A DNA stretch of 64,000 bases, taken from an uncultured Candidatus Entotheonella sp. (GTDB lineage Bacteria > Tectomicrobia > Entotheonellia > Entotheonellales > Entotheonellaceae). The position numbers and the translations under genes were made by a program. The notes under the pieces are model-generated. The model had not been told where the DNA came from, searched no databases, and saw only the letters and a list, made by a program, of their open reading frames with translations. Each line of letters starts with the position of its first letter. The stretch's first letter is position 1. The stretch covers positions 608,001 through 672,000 of the forward strand of contig OZ244252.1 in NCBI GenBank assembly GCA_965217185.1. The letters run 5' to 3'. Positions 28,559 through 38,768 of this stretch are shown here, one piece after another.

Positions 28559-30169
28559 TTAGCTTGCTACCGTAAGTTTTGAGCGGGATAGGTCCATCTG
28601 GACAAGGAGTAGAGAACGGACTCCAAACATATCAACGAACATCTCGCCTGGATTTAGTTTGTCGGCTTGCTCCAGCATCCCCGGCCTAGAGGTTGGCAGG
28701 GCTTCACGCAGGACGCTCAGGTTACGATGCCGCCCAATGATGGTCGTGTTGAGATTGTTGCGAACGTTCTCTGGAACGTCGCCTGCGCTCTGCACGGCAA
28801 TGACGTATCCGGTGCGTAGTGAACGACCCTTGCGGATTTGCTCAGCCAATATACCAGTGGCGACGTCTCGCAAGTATCGCGAGCTGGCTCTGAAAATGTC
28901 TGACGCCTCGTCGATTATGACTTCTAATTCGGGAACGCCGCTGGAACTCTGCTGTATGGCTCTGGAGCGCAATTCTTCGGCTTTTCGAAGGGGCCTGGTA
29001 AGGAAAAGTGCGTATCCTCGGGCATGACTCTCACTAATTCGTATGACGTTGAGACCTGGTCGAAATACTTCGTCAATGTTACCAGTGGGTCTTCTTTGTC
29101 CCATTGCGTCGGACTTAGGTTTAGGATCAACAAACGACGGAATCCTGCCGGGCCTGCTTAGCCTACTTCGTATAGCTCGCATGGTTTGGCCATGCACTTT
29201 CGAGGCACTGTTTTGTCCGTACAGAAAATTGTTAAGCTGCCCATCGCTGGTGTTCTGTATGTAAAGCGTGAGTTCTCGAATCGTCCAGCTTTCGCCTTTG
29301 GAATCTTGGTCGGTTGCGAAGGCAGAGGCTATTTCGGCGAAAGTCTCGGCTTGATTGATTTCGCTCGGCTGGTAGAAGATCGTCCCTGCCAAAACCTCTG
29401 GGTCCAAATCCTGTGCTTTGACCTCAAGCACTTTAGACGAATGATTCGGGTCAGATTCGTCCAGCGTCCAGTAGCGTACTGGCCTTTTGGCAGGATCTTG
29501 ACCGTCCACGGAAAAAGCTGACCGGACCTGGGCCTCTGAATTTTCCTCATGGTGATTCTGATGATCCGGCTTATGGTCGAAGATGATGACACAACGACCC
29601 ATAGCCGCCGCAGAATGGGAAATATTGGAAAGCAGATGCGATTTCCCGGAGCCGGTCGACCCAGCAACCAAGACGTGATGGTCCAAGACGCTCTTACTAG
29701 GGTGGATGGGGACTTCTGCTTCTCCACTGCGGGCCAGCTTGCCGATACGGAAATCGTTTTCCCTGACTTGGGGCAAGCCCAAGCATTGGACTATTTCCTC
29801 TGTGGTGGCGGGCCGGCTGACTGTACCCGTGGTGGGTCGAATGAACGGCGTTTCAGGTTTGCCAGAGCGGATAATGGCCTCCACCGTTGCATCATAGTAG
29901 GTGATGTTGGCTACGATGGCGTCCTTGGCATAGCCGTGGTCTTCGATCAGGGCGAGCATCTGGCTGAGTGATATGGTGTCGAATGGGCTGGGTGAGAACC
30001 GGCTCAGGTTACGGTTGGCTGTGGCAACTTGGAGAAAAAAACGATTGGGCTCCGACTCCGAAATCAGGTATGTGAAAAGGGGAATGAGGTCATCCTCGCC
30101 TTTGCCTATCAGTCGGACTATGCCGGTGTCAGTGTTTTGGTCGTCGGCAATTTGGATAAGCTGAATCAT
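28559..30169 (-). CDS. HerA/FtsK-family ATPase (DUF87-like)
   Basis: HVLVAGSTGSGKS, IIFDHK, VIIDEA, RKGRS arginine-finger region, IAVQ, NLNT; N-terminal HAS-barrel-like region. Confidence 0.88.
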   Translation of the reverse strand: MIQLIQIADDQNTDTGIVRLIGKGEDDLIPLFTYLISESEPNRFFLQVATANRNLSRFSPSPFDTISLSQMLALIEDHGYAKDAIVANITYYDATVEAIIRSGKPETPFIRPTTGTVSRPATTEEIVQCLGLPQVRENDFRIGKLARSGEAEVPIHPSKSVLDHHVLVAGSTGSGKSHLLSNISHSAAAMGRCVIIFDHKPDHQNHHEENSEAQVRSAFSVDGQDPAKRPVRYWTLDESDPNHSSKVLEVKAQDLDPEVLAGTIFYQPSEINQAETFAEIASAFATDQDSKGESWTIRELTLYIQNTSDGQLNNFLYGQNSASKVHGQTMRAIRSRLSRPGRIPSFVDPKPKSDAMGQRRPTGNIDEVFRPGLNVIRISESHARGYALFLTRPLRKAEELRSRAIQQSSSGVPELEVIIDEASDIFRASSRYLRDVATGILAEQIRKGRSLRTGYVIAVQSAGDVPENVRNNLNTTIIGRHRNLSVLREALPTSRPGMLEQADKLNPGEMFVDMFGVRSLLLVQMDLSRSKLTVAS

Positions 30170-31284
30170 CGTATGCTCCGTTCATTGGTCAAGGCAAGGA
30201 ATCGATCAGGGTCAGCAGAGGAGAATCGAGCAATAACCTCGTCGCGAGCGCGAGCGCCATTGAACATACTACGTACGTGGTTGTCCGCGATTTGTAGCAA
30301 CATTGGAATGTCGTGATCCAACGATCCGGTATTGTCATATTTCAATATGGCCAATGCCAGAGGCACTTGTTCGGCGAGGCACTCAATGGCAAAAGCCTTG
30401 CGATTGATCTTGTAAACTGCCCTAACAACTTTGTCAGCGTGGTTTTCGATCCATCTGCTGATGTGCTGTTGTCGTATACCGAAACGGTCGGACAGAATGG
30501 TGGACTATCCTCTCAGAACAAACACCTCGCCGGGATACAACGCGTAGCCAATTGCATTGACGAGAGGGTTGGCGGATAGATCTTTGATGAACCCGATAGC
30601 ACGACGGTCGGTTACAAGCTTCTGAAGCAAGTCATGTGCTCGGTCTTGGCTCAGCATATTTTGCGTCAGGACAGGTCCATCAATCAGGACAACGTGGTTG
30701 TCGTTTTCTTGGAGCCAACTGTGGGCTATCTCTCGTTCCTCGTATTCACGGAAGGTGCTTATCCAAGACTGTTCCTGCTCGCGTGCGCCCCTCAGATATT
30801 CGGCCCATTGCTTAATCGCTTGATTCAGCGTAACCCCGAGATTTTTAGATGGTGTAAGGTGCGAAGCACGAGTACGAGTTACGTGGACTTTGGGACAAAG
30901 ATGAGTCTGCGGTGTTACTCGTACCACGCCGGCGGCGTATATCGTGTCGGACGCAAACTTCAAGGATGAAACGGCATCGGTGCCATCTACGGCAGCGATG
31001 AGATTACTGTGATACAGGGCTGCCGCATCGGGCGCCAGTGCCGTAGCCAGAGCGTCTATAGCGTTCGTGCCATTGGTCTCCTTGTCAATGAGGTGGCGAA
31101 TATGTGCGACGAAATCCACTTCATTTTGGGAAGAAAGTCCCATAAGCCTAGGGATGTCTCCCAAAACATGATAGGAATTGGTGATGTCCACACGCCCTTT
31201 TAGAGCGTCGGCGAAGTACTTATCACTTGGGTGTAAGTCCGAAATTGAGCGATTCTGAGGGGGTTTGGTACGGCTTGGGGACAT
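30166..31284 (-). pseudogene. NurA-like nuclease with one in-frame TAG at 30505-30507
   Basis: IAAVDGT, E, VLIDGP, IGFIKD and IPMLLQIAD motifs; the frame continues past the TAG to a stop overlapping the herA start. Confidence 0.8.
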
Positions 31285-31508
31285 GATTGATGCGCGAGGT
31301 GACAAAGTGTCACGTAGGACGGTGGGTGATGGGCAGCACTCCTCTGGGGTATTGTTGGTTTATCTAAAAATTGGCGCACGGACGGGCCGCCTAACTGGTC
31401 AATTTGAGACCTACGCCCTATCACTTTGGTCGGAACTTGCCATGTTTGGGCTCGCTTGGGGTGAGAGTTGGCAATCCAATACGTGAGTCGAATATAGTAG
31501 CTTCTAGT

Positions 31509-32024
31509 CTATTGTCTTTCCTTATGCGTTGAATCCAGATACCGCCGCAGCACGTACAGGCCGTCCGGCGTGTAGAGCGTGTGCTCGGCGTGCGACAGGA
31601 CGTCCGCCACGGGCATGAAGGCGGCGCTTTCCACTTCCTCCTCCTGCAAGACCAATTCCCCGTCGTACACGCACGAGAACACGCTGCCCCACACCTGGGT
31701 GTAGTCGTCCGCGTAGTGGAAGACGAACTGGTGGGCGAGGGGCACGCCGTGAATGCCGACCTCCTCGGCGAGTTCGCGCCGGGCGCCCGCCTCGTAGGTC
31801 TCGCCGGCCAGAACGACGCCTCCGGCGGCGATGTCGTAGTAGCCGGGGAAGACGTCCTTCGTGGCGGTGCGTTTCTGCACGCACAGGTCGCCGCGGGAGT
31901 TGAAGACCAGGATGTAGGTGCTGCGGTGCGGGAGGCGGTTCTGGCGCATGTCGCGGCGGGGCGCGGACCCGACGACGCGGTTCTGGTCATCGACGATAGC
32001 AACGATTTCATCGGCGGGATTCAT
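31509..32024 (-). CDS. NUDIX hydrolase (YfcD/Idi-like)
   Basis: GGVVLAGETYEAGARRELAEEVG Nudix box; QKRTATKDVFPGYYD. Confidence 0.92.
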   Translation of the reverse strand: MNPADEIVAIVDDQNRVVGSAPRRDMRQNRLPHRSTYILVFNSRGDLCVQKRTATKDVFPGYYDIAAGGVVLAGETYEAGARRELAEEVGIHGVPLAHQFVFHYADDYTQVWGSVFSCVYDGELVLQEEEVESAAFMPVADVLSHAEHTLYTPDGLYVLRRYLDSTHKERQ

Positions 32025-32044
32025 GCCTGGACCCTCTCCGCGTC

Positions 32045-32881
32045 TCATCCATGCCGCCGAACCAACTCGGCGCGTTGCTCCAAGAGCGGCAGCACCTCGT
32101 CACGCGGCGCCGGCGGCAGGTGAAACAGCAGGCGTTCCACACCGGCCTCGGCGTAGGCGTCGATCACTTCCGGCTTGGGTGCGGCGCCGAAGATGGTGAC
32201 AGGGATGTCCGCACGCCCGGCTGCGGCCGCCAGACGGTTGAGTTCGTCAATGCGGGCCTTGAAATCGGCGCGCCGGCCGATGGGCATCCAGCCGTCGCCG
32301 TAGCGCACGACGCGTTGCAGGGTGTTGGCGCCGTCGCCGCCAATAATGACGGGCGGATGGGGCTTCTGGATGGGCTTGGGCCATTGCCAGATGGGGTCGA
32401 AATCGACGAACTCGCCGTGGTATTCGGCGGCGTCCTCGGTCCATATCTGTTGCATGGCTTCGATGCGCTCGCGCAGCACCTTCCAGCGGCGGGTGGGGTC
32501 GGTGCCGTGGTTTTCCATCTCTTCGCGGTTCCAGCCGCCGCCGATGCCGAAGAGGACGCGGCCGCCGGAGATGAAGTCGAGACTGGCGACTTCCTTGGCA
32601 AGCATGATGGGGTCACGCTCGATGACCAGGCAAATGCCGGTGCCGAGCATAAGCCGCTCGGTGGCAGCGGCTACGGCGCCCAGGGCGACGAACGGATCGA
32701 GCGTGTGGGAATACTCCTTGGGAAGCTCGCCGCCGCCGGGGAAGGGGCTGCGGCGGCTGGTCGGGATGTGGGTGTGCTCGGGAACGAACAGCGACTCAAA
32801 GCCGTGTCCTTCAACCGCGCGTCCCAGGGACACCGGATCGATCGCGTAATCGGTGGGAAACATATAAACGCCAAACTTCAT
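32045..32881 (-). CDS. LLM-class F420-dependent oxidoreductase
   Basis: GFESLFVPEHTHIP, LDPFVAL, LAKEVASLD, GIGGGWNREE, PKPIQKPHPP. Confidence 0.9.
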   Translation of the reverse strand: MKFGVYMFPTDYAIDPVSLGRAVEGHGFESLFVPEHTHIPTSRRSPFPGGGELPKEYSHTLDPFVALGAVAAATERLMLGTGICLVIERDPIMLAKEVASLDFISGGRVLFGIGGGWNREEMENHGTDPTRRWKVLRERIEAMQQIWTEDAAEYHGEFVDFDPIWQWPKPIQKPHPPVIIGGDGANTLQRVVRYGDGWMPIGRRADFKARIDELNRLAAAAGRADIPVTIFGAAPKPEVIDAYAEAGVERLLFHLPPAPRDEVLPLLEQRAELVRRHG

Positions 32882-33094
32882 GAATTCGTTCTCCTAAGTC
32901 GTGTGTTGACGCGCGGTTGCGACGGCATAAGGGCCGGTGAATCCGACGCGCAAGTTTACGGCAGGCGCCTCGCGGGACGCAACGGCGGGGTTGCCAACGT
33001 TCGGCGTGGTGGCTAGAATACAGCCTGTTTTGCCACATCACATCGTTGTGCCATTCCAAAACAATAATTGTCTAGCCCGAATAAGGAGCGGTGA

Positions 33095-34051
33095 TTGATT
33101 ACCGTCAGGGACCTTTCCATGCGTTACGGTTCGGTGGTGGCGTTGCGCAACGCGACGTTTGCCGTGCAGCGTGGTGAAGTCGTCGGACTGCTGGGGCCGA
33201 ACGGCGCCGGGAAGTCGACGACCATGAAAATCCTCACCACCTACCTCTATCCCACTTCGGGCAGCGCCGTGGTGGGCGACAAGGACGTGCTCACTTCCCC
33301 ATTGGAAGTCCGGCAACTTATTGGCTACCTCCCCGAAACCTTACCGCTTTACCCCAACGCCGACGTGCACACGTATCTTCAGTTTGTGGGCAAGGCGCGC
33401 GGTTTGCAGGGCGCCTTGCTGCGCGAGCGCACGGACTGGGTGGTGCAGCGCTGCGGCCTGGCGCCCATGTACGGTAAGCTGATCCGCGAACTGTCCAAGG
33501 GCTACCGGCAGCGCGTCGGGCTGGCGCAGGCGCTGATTCACGACCCGCAGGTGATCATGCTCGACGAGCCGACGTCCGGTCTCGATCCGCACCAGATTAT
33601 CGAGATTCGCCACCTGATTCGCCGCTTAGCTCGGGACAAGACCGTGTTGCTCTCCACCCACATCCTACAAGAAGTGGAGGCAGTGGCGGACCGCATTGTC
33701 ATCATTAACAACGGCCTCATCGTAGGCGACGGCACACCGCAGGAATTGAACCAGCGGGCGCAACAGCGGCAGCGGCTGCAACTGGCGGTGAGCGCGGCGC
33801 GTGCGGAGGTGGAGGCGGCGCTGAACCAACTGCCGGACGTCGGGCAGGTGCGGCACGACGAAGTGGCGGACGGCTTCGAGCACTTCACGGTGGACGCGGC
33901 GCACGGCGTGCAATTGTGGCAGCAGGTGAGCGAACTGGTACGCGCCAGGGGCTGGCAGGTGGGGATACTGGCGCCGCAGGTTGGCACCCTGGAAGAGACC
34001 TTTCTGGCCCTGACTGCCCCCAAGAACGGCGCTTCGGGACGACAAGGATAA
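33095..34051 (+). CDS. ABC transporter ATP-binding protein (GldA-like)
   Basis: GPNGAGKST, LSKGYRQ, LDEPTSGLDP, STH. Confidence 0.92.
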   Translation: MITVRDLSMRYGSVVALRNATFAVQRGEVVGLLGPNGAGKSTTMKILTTYLYPTSGSAVVGDKDVLTSPLEVRQLIGYLPETLPLYPNADVHTYLQFVGKARGLQGALLRERTDWVVQRCGLAPMYGKLIRELSKGYRQRVGLAQALIHDPQVIMLDEPTSGLDPHQIIEIRHLIRRLARDKTVLLSTHILQEVEAVADRIVIINNGLIVGDGTPQELNQRAQQRQRLQLAVSAARAEVEAALNQLPDVGQVRHDEVADGFEHFTVDAAHGVQLWQQVSELVRARGWQVGILAPQVGTLEETFLALTAPKNGASGRQG

Positions 34052-34057
34052 GTAACC

Positions 34058-36553
34058 ATGCGGAATCTCGGCACTATTTTTCGTTGGGAATTGGCCTCGT
34101 ATTACCGTTCGGCCATCGGCTACATCTTCATGATCGTCTTCCTGCTGCTCAGCGTTGGGTTGTTCATGACGCCGTTCTTTACGCTGTTGGTTGCCGACAT
34201 GCGCAGCTTCTTTAATACCCTGCCGCTCATCATGTGCATTTTCCTGCCGGCGGTGACCATGCGTATCTGGGCCGAGGAGAGAAAGCAGAATACCTGGGAA
34301 ATGCTGCTGACCTTCCCGATGCGGTCGCACGAGCTGGTGCTGGGGAAATTCTTTGCGGGTTTGGTGTTCTTCGCCATCGCGCTGGCCGGCACCCTGACGA
34401 TTCCGTGGATGCTGGCATCGCTCGGCAATCCCGATTTCGGGCCGATCGCCGGCGCCTACCTGGGCACCATTCTGCTGGGCGCGTTTTTCCTGGCGCTGGG
34501 GCTGTTCATCTCGAGCCTGTGCAGCGACCAGATCGTTGCCTTCGTGGTGACGCTGCTGGCGTGCTTCGCGCTGTTTTTCCTTGGCACGGAGTTCCTGGCG
34601 CGCTACGTGGACAGCGCTTGGCCGGGGTTGGGGGTGTTCCTGGCCGACGTGGTTGGCTTCACGGGGCATTACAACCCGTTCACGCGCGGCATCGTCACCA
34701 TCGGCAACAGTTTGTATTTCGCGATATGGGCGGCGATTTTCCTGTTCCTGAACAGCCTGTTCCTGGAAATTCGCAGCCGTCCGGCGGCGCGCCGTACGTT
34801 CGCCGGCGCGGTGGTGCTGAGCCTGGGCATCGGGCTGGCGTTCAACTGGATTTTTGCCGGCCAGCACATCGGGCGCTTCGACCTGACGGAGGACAAGCTG
34901 TACACGCTCTCCAATGCCTCGGTGAAGATTCTGCGTGATCTGGACGTGCCGGTGCAGGTGAAGCTGTACATCACGCCGAGCGACAAGATGCCGACCGAAA
35001 TGCGCTACCTGGAACGCGACATCCTCGACAAGCTGGAGGAGATGCGGCTGGCCGGCGGCGGCAATCTGGTGATGCGCGCCATCCACATGGAAACGGCCAA
35101 TGTCATCCAGCAACAGGAGCCGGGCGACATGCCGCCGGAGCCCGAGGACGAGGAGGGCGCGGTGGAGAAGCGGCTGCTGAGCAAGGGGGTGCGGCCGTTT
35201 ACGGTGCAGGCGCTGCGCGAGGACGAGGTGATCAACAAACTGGTCTACGCGGCCATCGGAGTGGCCTACAAGAATCAGGATGAGGAAATCATCCCGCGGC
35301 TGCTGCCGAACGATCTGGACAACCTGGAGTACCGGCTGATCAACATCGTTTACAAGATGAGCCGCAAGCAGCAGCCCGTGGTGGCGCTGTTCGCGCCCAA
35401 GCAGGCGGTCAGCATTCCGCCGGAACTCATGGAACTCTACCGGCGCATGAACCGCCCAATCCCGCAGTCGGACGATCCTTACCAGAGCCTGGAGCGCCTG
35501 TTGCAGGTTGAGCGCTACGACGTGCGGCGGCTGGGTACGGATGGCTCGGCGACCATCGCGCCGGAGGTGGACACGGTGGTCGTCATCAACCCGCGCAGCC
35601 TGTCGGACCGGGAGCGCTGGGACTTGAACCGCGCCCTGCACGAGGGCAAATCGGTGTTCCTGGCCGTCCAGAACTACCGCTGGGACTACCACGTGGAGCA
35701 GCAGGTGGTGGCCATGACCCGGCAGGACGAGGACCCGCAGGTGAACGACTGGCTGAGCCATGTCGGGCTGGAGATTGATCCGCAGATTCTCATGGACGTC
35801 AACCACGGGCCGCTGACCATCCGAGGAGGGTCCGATCCGCGGCTGGGCGGCGGCATTACCCTGAACCTGCCGATGCACGTCCTGCTGACGCAGGAGTCGA
35901 TGAACACGGACGTGTCGATTACCAACCGTCTGTCACCGCTGTTTTACCTGTGGGGCAGCGCTCTGAACGTGCGTCCGGAGGTTCTGCAGGAGAACGGGTT
36001 GGAGCACACGGTGTTGCTGACGACGAGTCCGCTGGCGTGGTCGCTGGACCAGGACGTGTCCATGACGCCAGAGAGCCTGCAGCGGCCCAACGTAGAGGGA
36101 CAACGCTTCCCGCTGGCTGTGCTGGCGCGCGGGCAGTTTCCCGACGTGTACGCCGGCGTGGAGCGCCCGGCTTGGGAGCCGCCGCCGGCGCAGCCCGGCG
36201 CCCCGGCGCCGACGCCGCCGGTGGACGAGCCGCTCGGCGATCCGCAGCCGGCGCCCGGCAAGCTGTTGTTGGTGGGCAACGCGCAGATGTTCCACCGCAA
36301 TTTCCTCTCCGGTGGCCACGCGGATTTCTTCCTGAACAGCATCGATGCCCTGACGCTGGGGGATGAATTGGTGAACGTGCGTAGCAAGAAGCGCATTAAC
36401 CGCAGCATCAGCAAGCCCAGCGCGGCGACGCGGCAGTTCTGGCGGGTGTTGAACCTGGGGTTGGTGAATCTGGGCATTGCGGTGGTCGGCATCGGCGGGG
36501 CGGTAATCCGCCGGCGGGCGCGGACGGCCTACACGGCGGCGCAAGCAGCGTAG
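34058..36553 (+). CDS. GldF-like permease fused to a GldG-like domain
   Basis: EERKQNTWEMLLTFP..LVLGKF permease; RFDLTEDKLYTLS GldG start; C-terminal TM helix. Confidence 0.85.
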   Translation: MRNLGTIFRWELASYYRSAIGYIFMIVFLLLSVGLFMTPFFTLLVADMRSFFNTLPLIMCIFLPAVTMRIWAEERKQNTWEMLLTFPMRSHELVLGKFFAGLVFFAIALAGTLTIPWMLASLGNPDFGPIAGAYLGTILLGAFFLALGLFISSLCSDQIVAFVVTLLACFALFFLGTEFLARYVDSAWPGLGVFLADVVGFTGHYNPFTRGIVTIGNSLYFAIWAAIFLFLNSLFLEIRSRPAARRTFAGAVVLSLGIGLAFNWIFAGQHIGRFDLTEDKLYTLSNASVKILRDLDVPVQVKLYITPSDKMPTEMRYLERDILDKLEEMRLAGGGNLVMRAIHMETANVIQQQEPGDMPPEPEDEEGAVEKRLLSKGVRPFTVQALREDEVINKLVYAAIGVAYKNQDEEIIPRLLPNDLDNLEYRLINIVYKMSRKQQPVVALFAPKQAVSIPPELMELYRRMNRPIPQSDDPYQSLERLLQVERYDVRRLGTDGSATIAPEVDTVVVINPRSLSDRERWDLNRALHEGKSVFLAVQNYRWDYHVEQQVVAMTRQDEDPQVNDWLSHVGLEIDPQILMDVNHGPLTIRGGSDPRLGGGITLNLPMHVLLTQESMNTDVSITNRLSPLFYLWGSALNVRPEVLQENGLEHTVLLTTSPLAWSLDQDVSMTPESLQRPNVEGQRFPLAVLARGQFPDVYAGVERPAWEPPPAQPGAPAPTPPVDEPLGDPQPAPGKLLLVGNAQMFHRNFLSGGHADFFLNSIDALTLGDELVNVRSKKRINRSISKPSAATRQFWRVLNLGLVNLGIAVVGIGGAVIRRRARTAYTAAQAA

Positions 36554-36613
36554 TAAACCGGGCGCCGGACCGCTGAGCGGACGGCGTCGAACGCGGCGAA
36601 AAGGGATCGTGGA

Positions 36614-38536
36614 ATGAGTGGTAAACGGTTGTTACCCCTGGCGGCAATTCTGGTTGTGCTGGTGATCGTGGCGCTGATGGTAAAACGTCAACCGACGCCG
36701 ACGCGTCTGGTGGACGAGGTAGGTTGGGAACGTCTGGTGCCGGATTCGCTGCGAGCGGCGGCGATCAGCGGCGTGGACCTGTACCAGGGCAATCAGCCGG
36801 ATCAGGTGCTGAGCCTGCGGCGGCAGGGGGATCGCTGGCAGGTGCCGAGCTATTTCAACGCCCCGGTGCGGTCGGAGAGAATCGAGGTGCTGCTGGAGCA
36901 GATCGGTGACCTGGAGGGCGAGTTGCGCGCTGACCGCGCCGAGTTGCTGAGTGAATTCGACCTGGAGGAAGAGCAGGCGCTGCATCTGCGGGTGTATACC
37001 GATGACGATACGGAACCAGCGTTGCACCTGCTGGCGGGCAAGGGTGGTCGGCGAAGTGGTTTCGTGCGCTTGCTGGACGATTCGCGGGTGTACAACGTCG
37101 ATCTCAACCTGCACAGCATGGCCGGGTTGTGGGGCGAGACCCTCGGCAACGCGCCGGAAGCGGAAACGTGGCTGCAACTGCGGATGAACGAAATTCCGAG
37201 TGAGGAGGTCGTGGGCCTGGAACTGGAGTCGCCGCGTGGGCATTTCCGGTTTTCGCGCGTCGAGCCCGAGGACGCCGAAGCTGTGGAAGGCGAGGCGGAA
37301 GCGAAGCGCCTATGGCGTGCTGAGGTGCCGGCTGTTGACTACGAGGTGAACCATCAATTGCTCGATCGCCTCGCGGTGGCTTTGGGCACGCTGCGTGCCG
37401 ATGATATCGTCGATGGCAGCAAAATAGCGGAATACGGACTGGAGGATAGCGTTTACCGGGCCACCCTGACCGTGCAGTCGGGTGACGGAGCGGCGCGCCA
37501 AGTGGCCATGCGGTTCGGTCACGAAATCCCGGGTCCCGAAATGGATGGCGCGCGTTACGGCATTTTGGAGGGGAGCGATACCGTTTACGTGGTGGCCGGC
37601 TGGTCGCTCCGGCAATTCTTCCCCAAGGGCAAGTCGCTACTGAACCTGCCGGGGCTGTACCTGCAAAAGGACGACGTGCAGCAGATTGCCTTGTTCTCTG
37701 CCGACAACACGGTACGGCTGTCGCGCGCTGCCGCTGCTGCCGGGCCGGTTGCGGAAGGGGAGACGGAGGCTTCGCCGGCGCCCTGGGAAATCGACGAGCC
37801 GTCGCTGGGCTTTATGGTGAAACAGGACGGCGTGGAAGCCCTGGCCGAATTCCTGTCGCGCTTCGTGCCCGACGGCATGGCACCGGCGAACGGCGCTACC
37901 GTTCCCGCTGCCGATTCGGTGCCGCGTGTGGAGGTCACCATGCGGGATGCCTCGCGCCATCTGATTCACTTGGCCGCCGAGCCCACCGTGCCGGATGGAC
38001 AGGTCGTGTACGTCAGCGGTCAGGACATACCGTTTGTCATCGAAGACGCCATCCGCGCAGAGTTGTTTCCGGCGCTCGGCGCGTTGATGGACTTGCCCCT
38101 CCTGCCCATCCAGCCCGAGGGCGTTATCGGCCTGACCTGGCAGCAGGCGGATGGCTCCTGGACGCTGGCGCGCCAAGCCGATGCCGAGCCTGACGCCGAA
38201 ACGCCCGCTCCCTGGCAATTTCCCGATGCGCCCGACACGCCCGTGAACGCTCAGGCCGTCACCGAACTCCTTGTTACCACCGCCAGCCTCACCGCCGACG
38301 ACTGGCTCGAGAATCCTCCTGCCACCGCGCTCAACGACCCGCTTCTCGTGGTCACCCTGACCCGCAGCGACGGCGCTCGTGGCCGCATCACCGTCGGCCC
38401 GCCGCTCGCCGATTCTCAAACTCACCTCGTCCGCTTCGAAGGCGCCCCCGGCCTGTTCGTGTTGTCCGCCGACACGTACGGCAAGCTGACCGAAGCCCTT
38501 GGCAAGGTTCGTCCCGACGCGCCTGCGGAGCCGTAG
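36614..38536 (+). CDS. DUF4340-domain protein (three repeated units)
   Basis: N-terminal TM anchor, repeated W..P...V...L..L.A units; usual third gene of Gld-like operons. Confidence 0.7.
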   Translation: MSGKRLLPLAAILVVLVIVALMVKRQPTPTRLVDEVGWERLVPDSLRAAAISGVDLYQGNQPDQVLSLRRQGDRWQVPSYFNAPVRSERIEVLLEQIGDLEGELRADRAELLSEFDLEEEQALHLRVYTDDDTEPALHLLAGKGGRRSGFVRLLDDSRVYNVDLNLHSMAGLWGETLGNAPEAETWLQLRMNEIPSEEVVGLELESPRGHFRFSRVEPEDAEAVEGEAEAKRLWRAEVPAVDYEVNHQLLDRLAVALGTLRADDIVDGSKIAEYGLEDSVYRATLTVQSGDGAARQVAMRFGHEIPGPEMDGARYGILEGSDTVYVVAGWSLRQFFPKGKSLLNLPGLYLQKDDVQQIALFSADNTVRLSRAAAAAGPVAEGETEASPAPWEIDEPSLGFMVKQDGVEALAEFLSRFVPDGMAPANGATVPAADSVPRVEVTMRDASRHLIHLAAEPTVPDGQVVYVSGQDIPFVIEDAIRAELFPALGALMDLPLLPIQPEGVIGLTWQQADGSWTLARQADAEPDAETPAPWQFPDAPDTPVNAQAVTELLVTTASLTADDWLENPPATALNDPLLVVTLTRSDGARGRITVGPPLADSQTHLVRFEGAPGLFVLSADTYGKLTEALGKVRPDAPAEP

Positions 38537-38597
38537 TCGGTCTCCTACGTTCCCTTTTTGCATTGGTTCCGAACTGTGTCGTTGTATGCCCAAGGTG

Positions 38598-38768
38598 TCA
38601 TCCTGCGGGATCATCGTCGATGTCCCGTTCTTTGCGAAGCTCATCAACGTACGCTTGCGCATCGACACCTTCCCAAAACTCTTTCCCCAATCCACGGAAC
38701 TCCAGGATGCTTCGCTTTCCGGGCTCCTGTGAAGCGGTGCGCGCCCAGTCGTGAATCGCCGTTTCCAT
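38598..38768 (-). CDS. Short orphan antitoxin-like peptide (56 aa, below the ORF-track cutoff)
   Basis: KRSILEFRGLGKEFWEGVDAQAYVDELRKE resembles the C-terminus of PIN-associated antitoxins; GGAGA upstream. Confidence 0.55.
   Translation of the reverse strand: METAIHDWARTASQEPGKRSILEFRGLGKEFWEGVDAQAYVDELRKERDIDDDPAG

Noticed and set aside
26775..30507. Genome-wide amber recoding suggested by three in-frame TAGs
   Set aside because: Ordinary genes here (argH, dapA, pAgo, SDR, NUDIX) end at TAG at their expected C-termini
33665..35878. Long antisense ORFs (also 18171-19772, 45323-46891, 59194-60456, 291-1295)
   Set aside because: Shadow frames of high-GC genes with clear family motifs on the opposite strand
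33095..38536. Gliding-motility function for the Gld-like genes
   Set aside because: GldAFG-like ABC systems occur widely in non-gliding bacteria and no other motility genes are present
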